A stretch of DNA of 64,000 nt, from assembly GCA_965217865.1 (NCBI GenBank), contig CBDCJO010000002.1:64001-128000 (forward strand). Direction: 5' to 3'. Positions 42,320 to 53,121 of the stretch are shown here, one piece after another. The translations under genes were made by a program, and so were the position numbers. Every line of letters begins with the position of its first letter. Within the stretch, counting starts at the first letter, position 1. This DNA comes from Candidatus Latescibacterota bacterium (GTDB lineage Bacteria > Latescibacterota > UBA2968 > SICM01). A model generated the notes under the pieces. It was not told the DNA's origin, did no database searches, and saw only the letters and a list, made by a program, of their open reading frames with translations.

Positions 42320-45300
42320 TCATGCGTCCCCCGCCATCTCTACATAACGACAAAAGGCATTGGCCAAACGCATCTGTCTCGGGCTTCGGCACTCCGGTTC
42401 GAATATCCGCGGGTTCGCAACGAGGATGCAGGCACACCGCGCCCGCGAGGTAGCGACATTAAGCCGGTTGGGGCTGTACAGGAATTCCATCCCTCGAGGG
42501 GCCTCTTCCGGGGATGATGTCGTCATCGAGTAGATTACCACTGGGGCCTCCTGGCCCTGGAACTTATCCACGGTCCCCACCCGGAGGCTTGGTCCAAGCT
42601 CCCTCTGAAGGTCAAAGACCTGCGCGTTATAAGGCGCCACAACCAGGATATCCCGCTCTGTCAACGGCCTATCTTCCCCTTTGGGATTCGTCCATGTCAC
42701 ACCGGATTGCAACAGGTCTCCCACAACCATAGCAACCCGCTCTACCTCCTCTTCCGATGAGCTCTGATTCCCTTCGTGTTCCACCGGCTCCAGCCACAAT
42801 CCCGTACCGGCATATCGAGTCGGACCACTGATTACCTGGCCCTCCATCCCTTCGCGGGGCGCCAGCTTTCCGTCGTAGAACAGGGTTGAGGTAAACCCGC
42901 AGATATCGGGATGCAAACGCCACGTTTGCTCCAGGAAGAGCCCATTTTCAGCGGGCATCGTCTCCGCATCGCCCAGGACGTGCTGCAGGGCAGCCACTTC
43001 CGTCCCTTCCGGGTGGCTTCCCTTCTGCGGTTGTTCCAGCTGCTGCGGATCCCCCAGGAGCACGATGTTCTTCGCACATCGGGCAATAGCTACGACATTG
43101 GCCAGCGACATCTGGCCTGCCTCGTCCACGAACAGCACGTCCACAACCTCCTCGTACTCCGGCCGGGCCCACAACCAGGCTGTGCCGCCGGCCACCCGGG
43201 CTTCGCCGCTCTTCAGTAGTTCCAAAGGCTCGTGGTTTTTTGTCACCTCCAGGATGCCGTCAGGCTTCTCTTCGGATTGATGCTTCACCTTCTGCACACA
43301 TTGAAGCGAAACCTTCTCCTCCCCGGCGGCTTTCACGACCTCATCTAAAAGGTTGGCGATCACTTTGTGGCTTGCAGCCGTCACGCCCACCTTTCTTCCT
43401 GCGTTCACCAGATCAGTGACCATCCTTCCCCCCGCATAGGTCTTTCCGGATCCGGGGGGCCCTTGAATGGGGAGGAGACCCCCATTTAACTGCAAAGCCA
43501 GACGACGCGCGGCGTCGACGGGCTCTTCGGTTGGCAGACAAAGCCGTTGCGGTGACCCGTCTGCCAGTCCCGGAGGCCGATTCAGCAGCAGATCTCTTCC
43601 GGGACGATAAGGTCCGGGGGCGTCGATACCGTTCTCCGCCACCCATTCGGCTATTTTCATAATCGAGTCCGCCAGTACCCCGCTTCGGACGAGGTTGAAC
43701 TCGAAGACGCTGGTCGGATGAAGAGTCTTCTTTTTGACCAGCTTTTTGATATCGATCGTGCTTCTCACCTGGTCGATCGCTACTACGTAACCAAAGTCCT
43801 CCCCGTTCCCGTCCTTCAGTCCGGCATTTTCGCGAATCTCGGTGATCTGTTTCGGGAAGCGATAGCGGTGTCGGGGTGACTTCTCTTTCCCGGGGACAGG
43901 AAGTTCTTCAACGAATTTCAAGTCCGCAATTGCCGCTTTTTCCTCGAAAAGTTCCTCGTCGGTCAGGTCTTTCAGGCGGAAGTACTCCCACCATGCCGCT
44001 TTCTCCTCGCGCCAGTGCCAGTCCAGGATGTAGGCCAGCAGCCATCGGGCCTGAGCCTCGTCCGTTCGGTCCATCCGATGGTTCGAGATGCCTGCGATCA
44101 GCCGCTCACGCATTTCGTTTACCCGCTGTTCCCGCTCCTTCAAGGCTTCCGTGGGTTGACCCTCCAGCGGTTCGGGCCGTGGCACCTCTTTCCCCTCCAA
44201 AATCAGTTTAGCGCGAACCCCTTCCAGCCAGTCCCGCAGCTTCCACGTTGACCGGCAATCATCCTCGTTGTAGCGTTGAACCACGTCTTGCATATCAACC
44301 GGCAGATTCTCTTCCTCACCCAGTTCCAGCATCGCCTCCAACTTCCGCTTGTTCATTCCCAGCTCCTGCAGCTCTACTTCGCGTTTATAGCCGTAGAAGG
44401 CCTCGAGTTTTTTTATGGAGTAGCTCTCGACGCTCGCCCTCACGCCCTGGCGGGCAACGGCGTACAGATCAACGAACACCCGGGCTCGAAGCAGCTCATC
44501 CAGGGCGTTCTCACGCGTTGCGTAGCGGCTCGCAAGCCGCTTCAGGGCCGTGGGCTCATAGGATGCGAAGTGGTAGACGTGCATTTTCGGGAAACGGCGA
44601 CGTTGCTCCATCATAGCGTCTAAGAACGCTTCGAAAACCGCCTTCTCTTCCGTTCCATCGCGGGCCCATAACGCATTATACTGGGGGCAGTTCCGCTCTA
44701 TTGTGATCCATCCGAAGAGGTACTCCAAACCGCCCTCTCCGACGAAGGCGTCGCCTTCGATGTCGAAGAATACGTCTCCTTCGTCCAGCTTGGGCAGCCG
44801 CGACAATCCCTCCTCTGAGGTCACCTCGAGTGTCTCATAGTAAGGCTTTCCCTGATGCCTGCCGATAAGCTGGACCCGCGCCTGGTCTTGCATTCGGTCA
44901 AGCGCTTTTCGCGTACCCCGCTTCGGCCGCCTTTCCGGCTGAAGAGGCGACTCGCCCAGCGCCTTCAAAGTCCCGATTCCCCACTCACCGAGCTCAACCC
45001 GGTGAAAACTGGACATCCCCGCTACCAGGCTCAGATGGTCGTCGTCACGGCGTCGGCGGTCACACCGGGACCACCAGAGACACACATCGCAATGCGGCAC
45101 GGGTTCCGGATAAGTCTTTCTATCCACCGACCCGTCCACCGCTTCCTCCAATCTTCGCTTCACGAAGCCGTAGTAGGAGAAGTAGTGATCTACTCGAAAA
45201 CATTCGGGCTCGAAGTCCTTTCCCGGTGACACGACTTTCATCCACTCAGGTCTCCGCCCCTGCGCCATTCCAACGATCTCGGAATAAAGGCACAATTGGA

Positions 45301-45724
45301 GAATCGTCCCCGCACGGGTCTCTCGGGCCAGTTTCGTATCGACGACTTCGTAGTGCCAATCACCGACATCGCTCCCTCCATTCACTCGCAAAAGCACATC
45401 CGCCCGACCCACCCATCGGCCGTTCTCCAGCGCTGCCTGCACGATAACATCCGCTCCCTCTTGCATCGCGGCCAATGTCTCCTCATATTGGGAACCCTCC
45501 GACAGCTTAAAGATTTTCCTGCCTTGAGCACGGAGTTGATCCAGGTAGGCCTCTTCGTGCTGGAGTCCACGCTTCCGAAGCACCTTAAGCGAAGGGTCCT
45601 CGAATTTCGGGAGGGAAAGTTCGCCTTTTGCGGCGGAGAGATCCACCCGGGTCAGATGGCGACAGGCCAGATGGTTGGCCAGGTCGGTTGCAGACAACCG
45701 GGGATGGTTGTTGAGGATTTTCAA
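42320..45724 (-). CDS. TM0106-family RecB-like nuclease + RNase H-like domain + SF1 (Upf1/DNA2-like) helicase
   Basis: AD.L...VVDTK, DDHLSLVAG, FFDIEGD, YNEDDC, QGPPGSGKT, DEAGQ, GDPQQL, TVDKFQGQE, NVATSRA. Confidence 0.92.
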   Translation of the reverse strand: MKILNNHPRLSATDLANHLACRHLTRVDLSAAKGELSLPKFEDPSLKVLRKRGLQHEEAYLDQLRAQGRKIFKLSEGSQYEETLAAMQEGADVIVQAALENGRWVGRADVLLRVNGGSDVGDWHYEVVDTKLARETRAGTILQLCLYSEIVGMAQGRRPEWMKVVSPGKDFEPECFRVDHYFSYYGFVKRRLEEAVDGSVDRKTYPEPVPHCDVCLWWSRCDRRRRDDDHLSLVAGMSSFHRVELGEWGIGTLKALGESPLQPERRPKRGTRKALDRMQDQARVQLIGRHQGKPYYETLEVTSEEGLSRLPKLDEGDVFFDIEGDAFVGEGGLEYLFGWITIERNCPQYNALWARDGTEEKAVFEAFLDAMMEQRRRFPKMHVYHFASYEPTALKRLASRYATRENALDELLRARVFVDLYAVARQGVRASVESYSIKKLEAFYGYKREVELQELGMNKRKLEAMLELGEEENLPVDMQDVVQRYNEDDCRSTWKLRDWLEGVRAKLILEGKEVPRPEPLEGQPTEALKEREQRVNEMRERLIAGISNHRMDRTDEAQARWLLAYILDWHWREEKAAWWEYFRLKDLTDEELFEEKAAIADLKFVEELPVPGKEKSPRHRYRFPKQITEIRENAGLKDGNGEDFGYVVAIDQVRSTIDIKKLVKKKTLHPTSVFEFNLVRSGVLADSIMKIAEWVAENGIDAPGPYRPGRDLLLNRPPGLADGSPQRLCLPTEEPVDAARRLALQLNGGLLPIQGPPGSGKTYAGGRMVTDLVNAGRKVGVTAASHKVIANLLDEVVKAAGEEKVSLQCVQKVKHQSEEKPDGILEVTKNHEPLELLKSGEARVAGGTAWLWARPEYEEVVDVLFVDEAGQMSLANVVAIARCAKNIVLLGDPQQLEQPQKGSHPEGTEVAALQHVLGDAETMPAENGLFLEQTWRLHPDICGFTSTLFYDGKLAPREGMEGQVISGPTRYAGTGLWLEPVEHEGNQSSSEEEVERVAMVVGDLLQSGVTWTNPKGEDRPLTERDILVVAPYNAQVFDLQRELGPSLRVGTVDKFQGQEAPVVIYSMTTSSPEEAPRGMEFLYSPNRLNVATSRARCACILVANPRIFEPECRSPRQMRLANAFCRYVEMAGDA

Positions 45725-45877
45725 GGTGCCACTGCAATTAAATGCGAAATAATAACTGGTGATGGATGGCGAGCTAAAGAAGATTAGTTCAAGTCCTTAA
45801 TTTTTTACTCAACTATCCAGACAAAATTCCTCTGATAAATTTTTAAACTCCTTGGATTGTTTATGAGATTCCTCCAC

Positions 45878-46264
45878 TTAGTGGATTCGAATGCATTCTT
45901 GCAGGACAGGATCGGTGGTAATGAAGTCGAATTCTCGCTGAACCCAAGGCCGTTCGGTGCCGCCGTAAAAGTCGGTGCAAACTAGCTTGAGGAGTTTCTG
46001 GAGGTTATGGCTAAGGTGCCTTACGTAAGCGTTGTCTGGATATGAACCATGCTGTCCGTCGTAGACCAGCAGGATGTAGCATTTCATAAATCGCTCCAGC
46101 CCGCTCGCCATTAGCTGGTGAGGCAAATGGTAAAACGAGTTGCTCATATCGATTTCTTGAAGGTGTCCAAAGCTATACTTGATCAGGTCACGAGACAATT
46201 CCAGTTCCTCTAAAAGACAAAAAAACTTCAGCTTCTTTTGGTTTTTGTTCAGTCCTGCCTTCAT
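45878..46264 (-). CDS. Hypothetical protein, probably truncated
   Basis: Helical ORF (HQLMASGLERFMK...HLSHNL) with a weak HEPN-like look; ends abruptly. Confidence 0.4.
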   Translation of the reverse strand: MKAGLNKNQKKLKFFCLLEELELSRDLIKYSFGHLQEIDMSNSFYHLPHQLMASGLERFMKCYILLVYDGQHGSYPDNAYVRHLSHNLQKLLKLVCTDFYGGTERPWVQREFDFITTDPVLQECIRIH

Positions 46265-46268
46265 GGGG

Positions 46269-46650
46269 CTACCTCGTGGTCTGAACGTTTCGCCGGTGCG
46301 GTTCCGGGCGTCGACGCGCGTCACGGTCTTGCACGTTCACTCTCAACTCTCCGGAGACCAGCTTCGGGAGCAGCGTGTCACGTAGGACGGCAAGAGTGCG
46401 GACCTCGGTTAGATTGCGTTCCATGATCGGGGTCACGGTAGACTCAAATGCCTCTGCGACACTCACCGGCGGCAGGGCCAGATCGACAAGAGTGAAGGTC
46501 TGGCGCGTGATGGTGTCGAAAATCGTACCGTGCGTTCGGCTCCGCAGTTCCTCTATCGTGCGTCTGACGAGCCAATATATGAAGAACTCCTGATACCCGC
46601 TGGTGCCTCGTATGCCATAGCAGGTTTGGTTCATGGCCATCCGGCGTCCG
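46269..46650 (-). pseudogene. hsdS: Orphan hsdS 3' fragment (part of TRD2 + C-terminal conserved region)
   Basis: AMNQTCY...HGTIFDTITRQTF...RTLAVLRDTLLPKLVSGELRV. Confidence 0.8.
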
Positions 46651-46759
46651 AGACATGCAAGCCGCCCGAAGATCCGCACCAAAGGCAGTGGGCTCAGATG
46701 CGCTATCGCCGTCGCACGCAACGAAATTATACCCGTCCCTCATCAGTAGCCAAAGTTGA

Positions 46760-46870
46760 TCCAGATAGTAGCGTCCCAATCCTTCTCGCAGTATCCGTGA
46801 ATGCTGGACTTCCTCCGGCGTGAGCGGGCGGCCAAGAATATCGCATTCGCGATACGAGATACACGTCAAA
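46760..46870 (-). pseudogene. Type ISP-like restriction-modification enzyme C-terminal remnant
   Basis: SYRECDILGRPLTPEEVQH, then a frameshift, then FTDTARRIGTLL, resembling the C-terminus of these enzymes. Confidence 0.5.
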
Positions 46871-46936
46871 CGTGGTTGCACCAAGCACTGGCCGCGCGGC
46901 GTGAAGCGTCGCCATCTTGCCTTCCAAGCCCTCCCT

Positions 46937-47934
46937 TCACTGTGACCGGTATTCCCGAATGCGGGTTTGATCGATAAGGAGGTGCATTGTTGAGAGCGTG
47001 AACACCTTCCCATTGGTTGCCTGGAGGAGTCGCCGCATATCCCCGCGGCGCACCTTGAACCCACGCCCTGCGATACACGCGATCACGTCGTAGGTATGTC
47101 CGGTCTGGTCACGCAACGTCTGTAGGCGTTGAACACGCGCAACCTTATCGCGCGCCGTTCCGTCGTCTTCCGTAAGCTTCGCTTCGATCAGCGCGATCGG
47201 GTTGAATTCATCCGGGATGATGAAATCTGGGGCTTGGTCGAAGCCAGTGATACGTTCCGCTCGTTTCGTCTCCCTGAAACTAATCTTGGAGGCCGTCAAA
47301 ACATCCTTGATTGCTCCCTCAACCACTTCGCCGACCAGCTCGCTCACTGAATCCCGGTGAGACGCAAAAGGACGCCCAAGAAATCGCTCATAGAGCAATA
47401 CAGGATATGGGATGCCGAGGTCAGCGACCGGTTGAAGGCTCTTGACTCCTTCCTTCGTGTCGGACTTGTCAAGCCGATGCAGGACTGTCTCGACTTCGGT
47501 GTTGGCACCCGTGGTAAGTACTTCTACGCCCACCTCGATCATCGCGTGGACACGAGACGACGTTCCCTCAAAGGCTGCACCCGCATGTTCCGGTCTATCG
47601 ACCGTGCAGCACCCTGATCGATAGTCACGCCAGTGATTTCCGACGTTACATAGGCCCACTCCGGCGGCGTAAAACCCAGAATCGCCCTAAACACGATAAA
47701 GGCTATCGGCGCAGCTTCCACGGCAGCCACAACGGTCGCCGTCGTCACATTGCTGAAAGCGGCTGTCTCACGCTTCAACTCCTGATAGCCCTTCTCGAAT
47801 GTCTCGTAATCGACAAACCCGTCGCCGCGCGGCATCTCCAGAAATGTGGACTTCAACTCGCCGAACACTTCATCGACAAGAGGGTCAAACGAAAGCGCGG
47901 GATCGCCGTAGTCAGCATCAAAACGCAACGGCAT
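46937..47934 (-). pseudogene. PD-(D/E)xK restriction endonuclease-like gene, frameshifted near 47570
   Basis: Two overlapping ORFs; APDFIIP...IEAKLTEDDGTARDK motif; start overlaps the end of the methylase gene. Confidence 0.7.
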
Positions 47935-50107
47935 CGGCCAGTTCCCTCTCTTCTTGTTCGGCAAAAAGACCGCCAATCATGGCGAATTGAAGGACCTTCA
48001 TGCCTTCTAGCCGTGCGGCTACGTCATCCACAGTCGCGATGGCATCCATCTCTTCCCGGAAGGCAGATAGCTTTTTCTCCGCAGGCAGCGTCGCATCCCA
48101 CGACGGCCGTAGTCGCCAGATCGTCATCCGCGTAATGTGCCCAAGCGCAGTGCACCGGATATCCCCCGCTGTCGGCTTCATGCCGGCCGCACGAAGATCC
48201 GCCAAGTCCTTTGCCATGACGCCGGCGAGCCCGTCGGCATCTTCAAAGAGCCCCGCCCGCGACGCCGTCCCGCGGTCGCGGCAAACAAAAACCGTATCCA
48301 CGATAGATGAAGCCGTCCCGTGGATATGGATCGAGCCGCCCATCTCCGCCGGGCATGGCAGCGATGCCGAGCACGTGAGGCCGGCATCGAGAATCGCCAT
48401 TCCCACCGCCAGGTAAGCCTCCTGCTTGTTATGGTGATAAGTGAACACGAGAGGCGCGCCCGGTTTGAGCGCCCGTGCCATGCGCGTATACGCGACCGCG
48501 AGCCCTTCCGCAAAATGCGCCAGGTCCCGCTCCTCCGTCTCATTGCCAGTAAGCTCATCCGAGTGCTTTGTCGTCTCCTGTTCGAGCCCAGGGAAGTCTT
48601 TCCCCATGAGCTTTCGGAGCCAGGCATAGCAGAAGTGCATGAGCTCGCCGTACTGGACCATGCCGTAATATGGCGGGTCAGTGAACACTCCATCGAGGCT
48701 TGACGGCTTAAGCTTCACCGTCATCGCTGAGGCGCAACGGATGTCAATACGCCGCGCGTGCGCCTCCGGGTTATTCCCCCCGATCCACTCTCCCCGAATG
48801 GGAACCGTCACTTTATTCTTTCCCTCAAAAGCGACCTCGAAAGGTGCCGTGCAATAGCGTTTCGCTTTCGTGTACTTCGCGATGATGTTGATCCAGCCAC
48901 CGGAACCTACCGGGAGCGCGTTGGCGTTGCGGATACCGAGCAGATTCGATTCGACCTGCACGTACCCGACTGGAAAGCCGTGGATCGAGAACACGTCCAG
49001 TGACTTCAGCGCCATTTTGTCGTACCGGCACAGCATGTTCTGGTATCGCAGGAGATCCGATAGATTCGTTGCAAGTGCCCGGCGCAAGCGGAGGTCCTCC
49101 ACTCTTGCGATTATCTGCGCGCTTGTTTCAAGGCCAAAAAGCTGACGTGCGTTGAAGAGCTCGCGGAACCGCTCGTAACCCCAGCGATGCAGCCGGGACG
49201 ATTCATCACCCTCGGGAATTACATCATCCGGTACAAACCGCGCCGTTAAACCCTGCCATGCTGCTTCTGCTTCTTTGGCCCGCGCCAAGTCGTCCTTGTC
49301 AGGCTTCTTGAACAGGCGGCCAAGCCGGCCCTTGAGATCCGGATTATAGTATTCGATCGCGAACAAACGATGAGATGGTGGGCCGGCTCCGTGAAAAGGC
49401 GCACTGTTGACGTGCTCACAGCGTGGACATGCACATCTGTTACGGGAAACGGGCCCTTTCCTTGTCAACGCCCGTCCACACTGGCAGGCACCGGGATGGT
49501 CTGGATCATCAACCTCGTTGAGATCACCGCAGCACGGGCAGACGAGAACATAGGACGTATGCCGGGCATCCTCCGCCAGCACGTAGCCCGGAAAGAGATC
49601 AAAGGCTTTCCGGCACATCGCGCACGTTCCCGTCTTGACCCACAGGAAATACTTGACGTGGGCGGCCTTTCGGCCAGTGATAGGGCATCGCGTCTTGTAG
49701 AGGTGTCCGATTTCCTCCGAGAGGCGATCGAGCAACTCGCCCGCCTTTTTCGTATAAACCTTCAGATCGATCGTGTCGATTTCTTCCCGCACAATCCATG
49801 CCGCCATCGGGTTGATATCCGTCCCGATGATATTGCAGCCGATTCTGTTGGCTTCGAGCAACGGCGTACCGCCGCCCATGAATGGATCGGCAATCGTGAC
49901 ACCTTCGAAGTTGTTGGCTCGATAGTAGGTATCTTCCACGGGATTGTTCCCAAACTCCGACAGCAGAAGACCGCGGAACAACGTCCCCGGCCGACGTGCG
50001 AACCATTTGTGCACTGCGATGATCGGACGGTAGTTCTGTTGAATCTGCTTTTCACGGAGTGCTAGCGACGCAATGAACCGAATGCTGTAGTTTTCTTCAA
50101 TTGACAT
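47918..50107 (-). CDS. DUF1156-type adenine-specific DNA methylase with Zn ribbon
   Basis: HKWFARRPG, DPFMGGGT, several CxxC pairs, FTDPPY, LVFTYHH. Confidence 0.88.
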   Translation of the reverse strand: MSIEENYSIRFIASLALREKQIQQNYRPIIAVHKWFARRPGTLFRGLLLSEFGNNPVEDTYYRANNFEGVTIADPFMGGGTPLLEANRIGCNIIGTDINPMAAWIVREEIDTIDLKVYTKKAGELLDRLSEEIGHLYKTRCPITGRKAAHVKYFLWVKTGTCAMCRKAFDLFPGYVLAEDARHTSYVLVCPCCGDLNEVDDPDHPGACQCGRALTRKGPVSRNRCACPRCEHVNSAPFHGAGPPSHRLFAIEYYNPDLKGRLGRLFKKPDKDDLARAKEAEAAWQGLTARFVPDDVIPEGDESSRLHRWGYERFRELFNARQLFGLETSAQIIARVEDLRLRRALATNLSDLLRYQNMLCRYDKMALKSLDVFSIHGFPVGYVQVESNLLGIRNANALPVGSGGWINIIAKYTKAKRYCTAPFEVAFEGKNKVTVPIRGEWIGGNNPEAHARRIDIRCASAMTVKLKPSSLDGVFTDPPYYGMVQYGELMHFCYAWLRKLMGKDFPGLEQETTKHSDELTGNETEERDLAHFAEGLAVAYTRMARALKPGAPLVFTYHHNKQEAYLAVGMAILDAGLTCSASLPCPAEMGGSIHIHGTASSIVDTVFVCRDRGTASRAGLFEDADGLAGVMAKDLADLRAAGMKPTAGDIRCTALGHITRMTIWRLRPSWDATLPAEKKLSAFREEMDAIATVDDVAARLEGMKVLQFAMIGGLFAEQEERELADAVAF

Positions 50108-50580
50108 CCGGGGTCCTCACTCTTGCTTTCCGAACAGCGGCCACTTGTCCGCGATGTACTTTTCCGCTGCCTTCGGTTGAGCTGGCAACCGTTATCGGGC
50201 TGTTCGGTTGATTGCGAATCTTGCTTGCTACGAACTGCGGGCCAAGCGCAGACAGTACCAGGATTCGTCGGACAGACGGAACTGCGCCTGCCGCAAGAAG
50301 ACGTTCTTCGTGTTCAGTCCGGACGTTACACCGTAGAACCAGCCCCCTTGGGAGAAGTAGCAGAGAACTCTTCGAGCGGTGGTATTCCGCCTGCGATGGC
50401 GGGGGCAATAGCGAAGCCCCAGAAGGTCAGTTGACGCCGGAAGGGGGTGACCTGCCCCCACCTATGTATCCACATCCAGAGTTAGGATGCGGTCGCGATT
50501 AGCGGCCCTGAGACCGCTTCGGCCGCAGGTGGCGATTCGTTGCACCTCGTACATATGAGACGGACGATAAATTTTCATTT

Positions 50581-50902
50581 AACATGCTGGGAACATGCTG
50601 GCATGGTCAGAATCCATGATAAGATACCATACCTGTCCAAAATCGGTTTTTTCTTTGGACAGCATTTGGATCAGATAGACGATTAAAGACCGTGCCCGAA
50701 CCGCTAGGTCCTCTTCGAATCGCCTGAATCCCAGCCTTTCGGGATGTGTTGTGCAATGAAAGGTCCGATCTTCCGGATCATCCAGCTTTTGGACAGCATC
50801 TTTGGCCAGTGCAACCTGGATTTCAGTCTGCCAGAGGGCATTGTGTAAAAACAGTCACTTACTTGTCCAAAAAAGACCCATTCTGATTTATCTTGGACAG
50901 CA
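50581..50902. repeat. Cluster of TTGGACA motifs (3 direct, 2 inverted) plus tandem AACATGCTGG
   Basis: TGTCCAA at 50634 and 50864; TTGGACAGCA at 50655, 50789 and 50893. Confidence 0.7.
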
Positions 50903-51164
50903 GTGAGATGATACAAGAAATTGGTGCTCAAAAAAGAGGTGGCCGGCACGGCGTCCCGCTTCTCGTCCGGGCCCCGCATCGCGGGCTCCGGTGCATGGAC
51001 AATCTGCTTTGCACAGGGTTGTTCTTCTAATTTCGATCAATTCCCACCCGGGTGCAGGAATATAGCCGTTTGGCCGGAAGCTGTCAACCAGAGAGACTTC
51101 AGATCCGAGCGATCAGAAGCGGCGCCAGCATCTACATGGTGTGTCTCATTCCTGTTGACACACG

Positions 51165-51414
51165 TTCCGGTCGCGGCCTGTTGGATGACGGCGAGGTTCG
51201 AAGGCCTTGAGATCCGCATTAGCTTTTTTCAGGGACTGCACAAACTGCATGAATTTCCGGACTTCGCCGTCACGCAGACCTGAAGCCAGTGACAAAAAAT
51301 CGACTGATTCCCGCACCCTCCAGGCGTCCATGTTCCACAACTTCCTCAAACACAAGAGGTTTCTCTCTCTGGCGTGAGGGTGAGCGGTCAGGAAAAGGGT
51401 GCAGTTGGGGAGCC
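51165..51414 (-). mobile_element. Unclassified element end, copy 2, with decayed ORF start
   Basis: Similar to 35600-35734 and 52300-52550; shares the SLKK...SNLAVIQ.AAT peptide with the third copy. Confidence 0.55.
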
Positions 51415-51586
51415 GGTCTCAATGGGGAAGAAACGACTGATATGACTGGAAAAACGGGAATCGATCTTGATGTCTTGACATGGTTTCCGCCTAGACGGTG
51501 TGGGTGTAATTACGATATATTCTTTCAATACAGCATGTTACGTCTGACAAACAGAGAATGGTTCCGGGGAAAGGATCATATGGGGA

Positions 51587-52200
51587 CCCGAGCACTGCTG
51601 CCCATAGCCCGCAGCCAGAAGCTGCGAGGAACCGACAGGGGGTTTCGTGGGATCGGGCGCTTGTCTGGACTCGCCTTCGCCGAGTCGGTCACATTCCTGA
51701 CGCGCACCCGGAACGACCGACCAGTCACCCGCATCGTTTGGAATGGTCCTAAGCTCCGCAACCGCATCCATATCGTCGAAACCGAACGCGCGATTCGGGA
51801 GTGCGTTGTCGTCGAGACTTTGCCCGGGTCGGAATACCCCGCCCACTTCTTCGAAGTTGAGGTTGGCGGCGTCGGGCGACACGCCGCAGGGCTGATATTG
51901 AACCGGGAAGCAGTCCGAACTTACATCGGTGAAGTTTGTCCCGTTCCGATGCCGTCGACTTTCCCATTTGCTTCGGAAGTCGAAACTCTCTTCGGAGAGA
52001 ATGAGTCGCCGCTGGCGCTGAAGGTCATCATGGACGGCGAACTCGCGCCCATGACGAGACGATATGGCGAGACGATTCGATTTTCGGAGGACCGGAAGGA
52101 TCGCTTCACCGGACTCGAAGCGATCCACATCCCCTCCGCGGACGGAAACCGAAGCGCCGCCCTCGGCTGGATCGCCCATTCCTTCATCCTTGTCGCGATA
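51587..52200 (+). pseudogene. GHKL (Hsp90/MutL-like) ATPase internal fragment
   Basis: IARSQK...GFRGIGRLSGLAFA G-box; lacks both N- and C-terminus; bounded by repeat elements. Confidence 0.65.
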
Positions 52201-52550
52201 GGCCCCCAGTAGCCTTGTGCAAGGGGAGCCCGGCGGCTTTTCCCACGATGTCCCAGACCGGATTCTGCCGGACGCGCTCTTTGATCGTGACTCTTGGCTC
52301 GGTCGCGGCCCGTTGGATGACGGCGAGGTTCGAGACACCGAGCTTCGCCCCGCCCTTTTTTAGGGACTCCAAAAATTCCAGAAATCGCTCCGACTTCGCT
52401 GTCTCGCCGACTTGAAGCCAGTGACAAAAAGTCGACTGGCTGATTCCCGCACTCTCCAGGCGTCATTGTTCCACAACTTCCCCAAATACAAGTGGTTCTC
52501 TCTCTGGCGTGACGGTGAGCGGTTAAGAAAAAGGTGCAGTTGGGGAACCG
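52201..52550 (-). mobile_element. Unclassified element end, copy 3, with decayed ORF start
   Basis: See 51165-51414; terminal GGTTCCCCAACTGCACC on the minus strand. Confidence 0.55.
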
Positions 52551-53121
52551 CATGTCCGCCTTTTAGTTTGCAAGCAATTTCCGCAGGCTGAAAACCACAA
52601 TATGTTGTGGTTATTGGCGGATGGGCATGGAGCGCACCGACCCCATAGAGGTGGCCCAGGCGATGAGTTTACGGTGCCCGGCTGCATCGTTGCTAAAGGT
52701 GGCCTGTAGCAACTGTCCGCGGTGGCCTAAGCGCGCCGCTTTTAAGGTCTTGGAACCGACATCGACCCCGATGTGATGGAGGGTGTGCATGAGCGCCTCC
52801 GGATGTATATTGAGGATGCTGGTCGCCCGCCTGCGTACCGGGTTTACCGAGCTTGTATAGATACAGACTCGCAGGTCTTGGATACTGTTCGGTATTGACG
52901 ACGGAAGCGGGGGGCCTATCTAACGTATGAGGTCCAAGCCTCTAACCGCATGCGGCCTCCCCAGCAAGTAAAGAGGATCTCAAGATAAGAAATAGGGATT
53001 AAGTAAGGGCCGTTTTCAAGATACTAGACGGCATTTGCCCTCACGAACAAGCGGAGATTACTGTAAGAATCCTTCCTCGGTGTTACCTTCCTCTTTCCTG
53101 AGGTGTCGTAATGGTAGAGCG

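Noticed and set aside
42320-45724. TM0106 nuclease-helicase as a novel system
   Set aside because: It is a widespread known architecture with no unusual partner here.
50448-50475. IS3-like terminal repeat TGACCTGCCCCCA
   Set aside because: No adjacent transposase sequence recognised; too short to support.
51289-52212. 307-aa ORF as an intact gene
   Set aside because: The N-terminal third is repeat-element DNA read through into a GHKL fragment.
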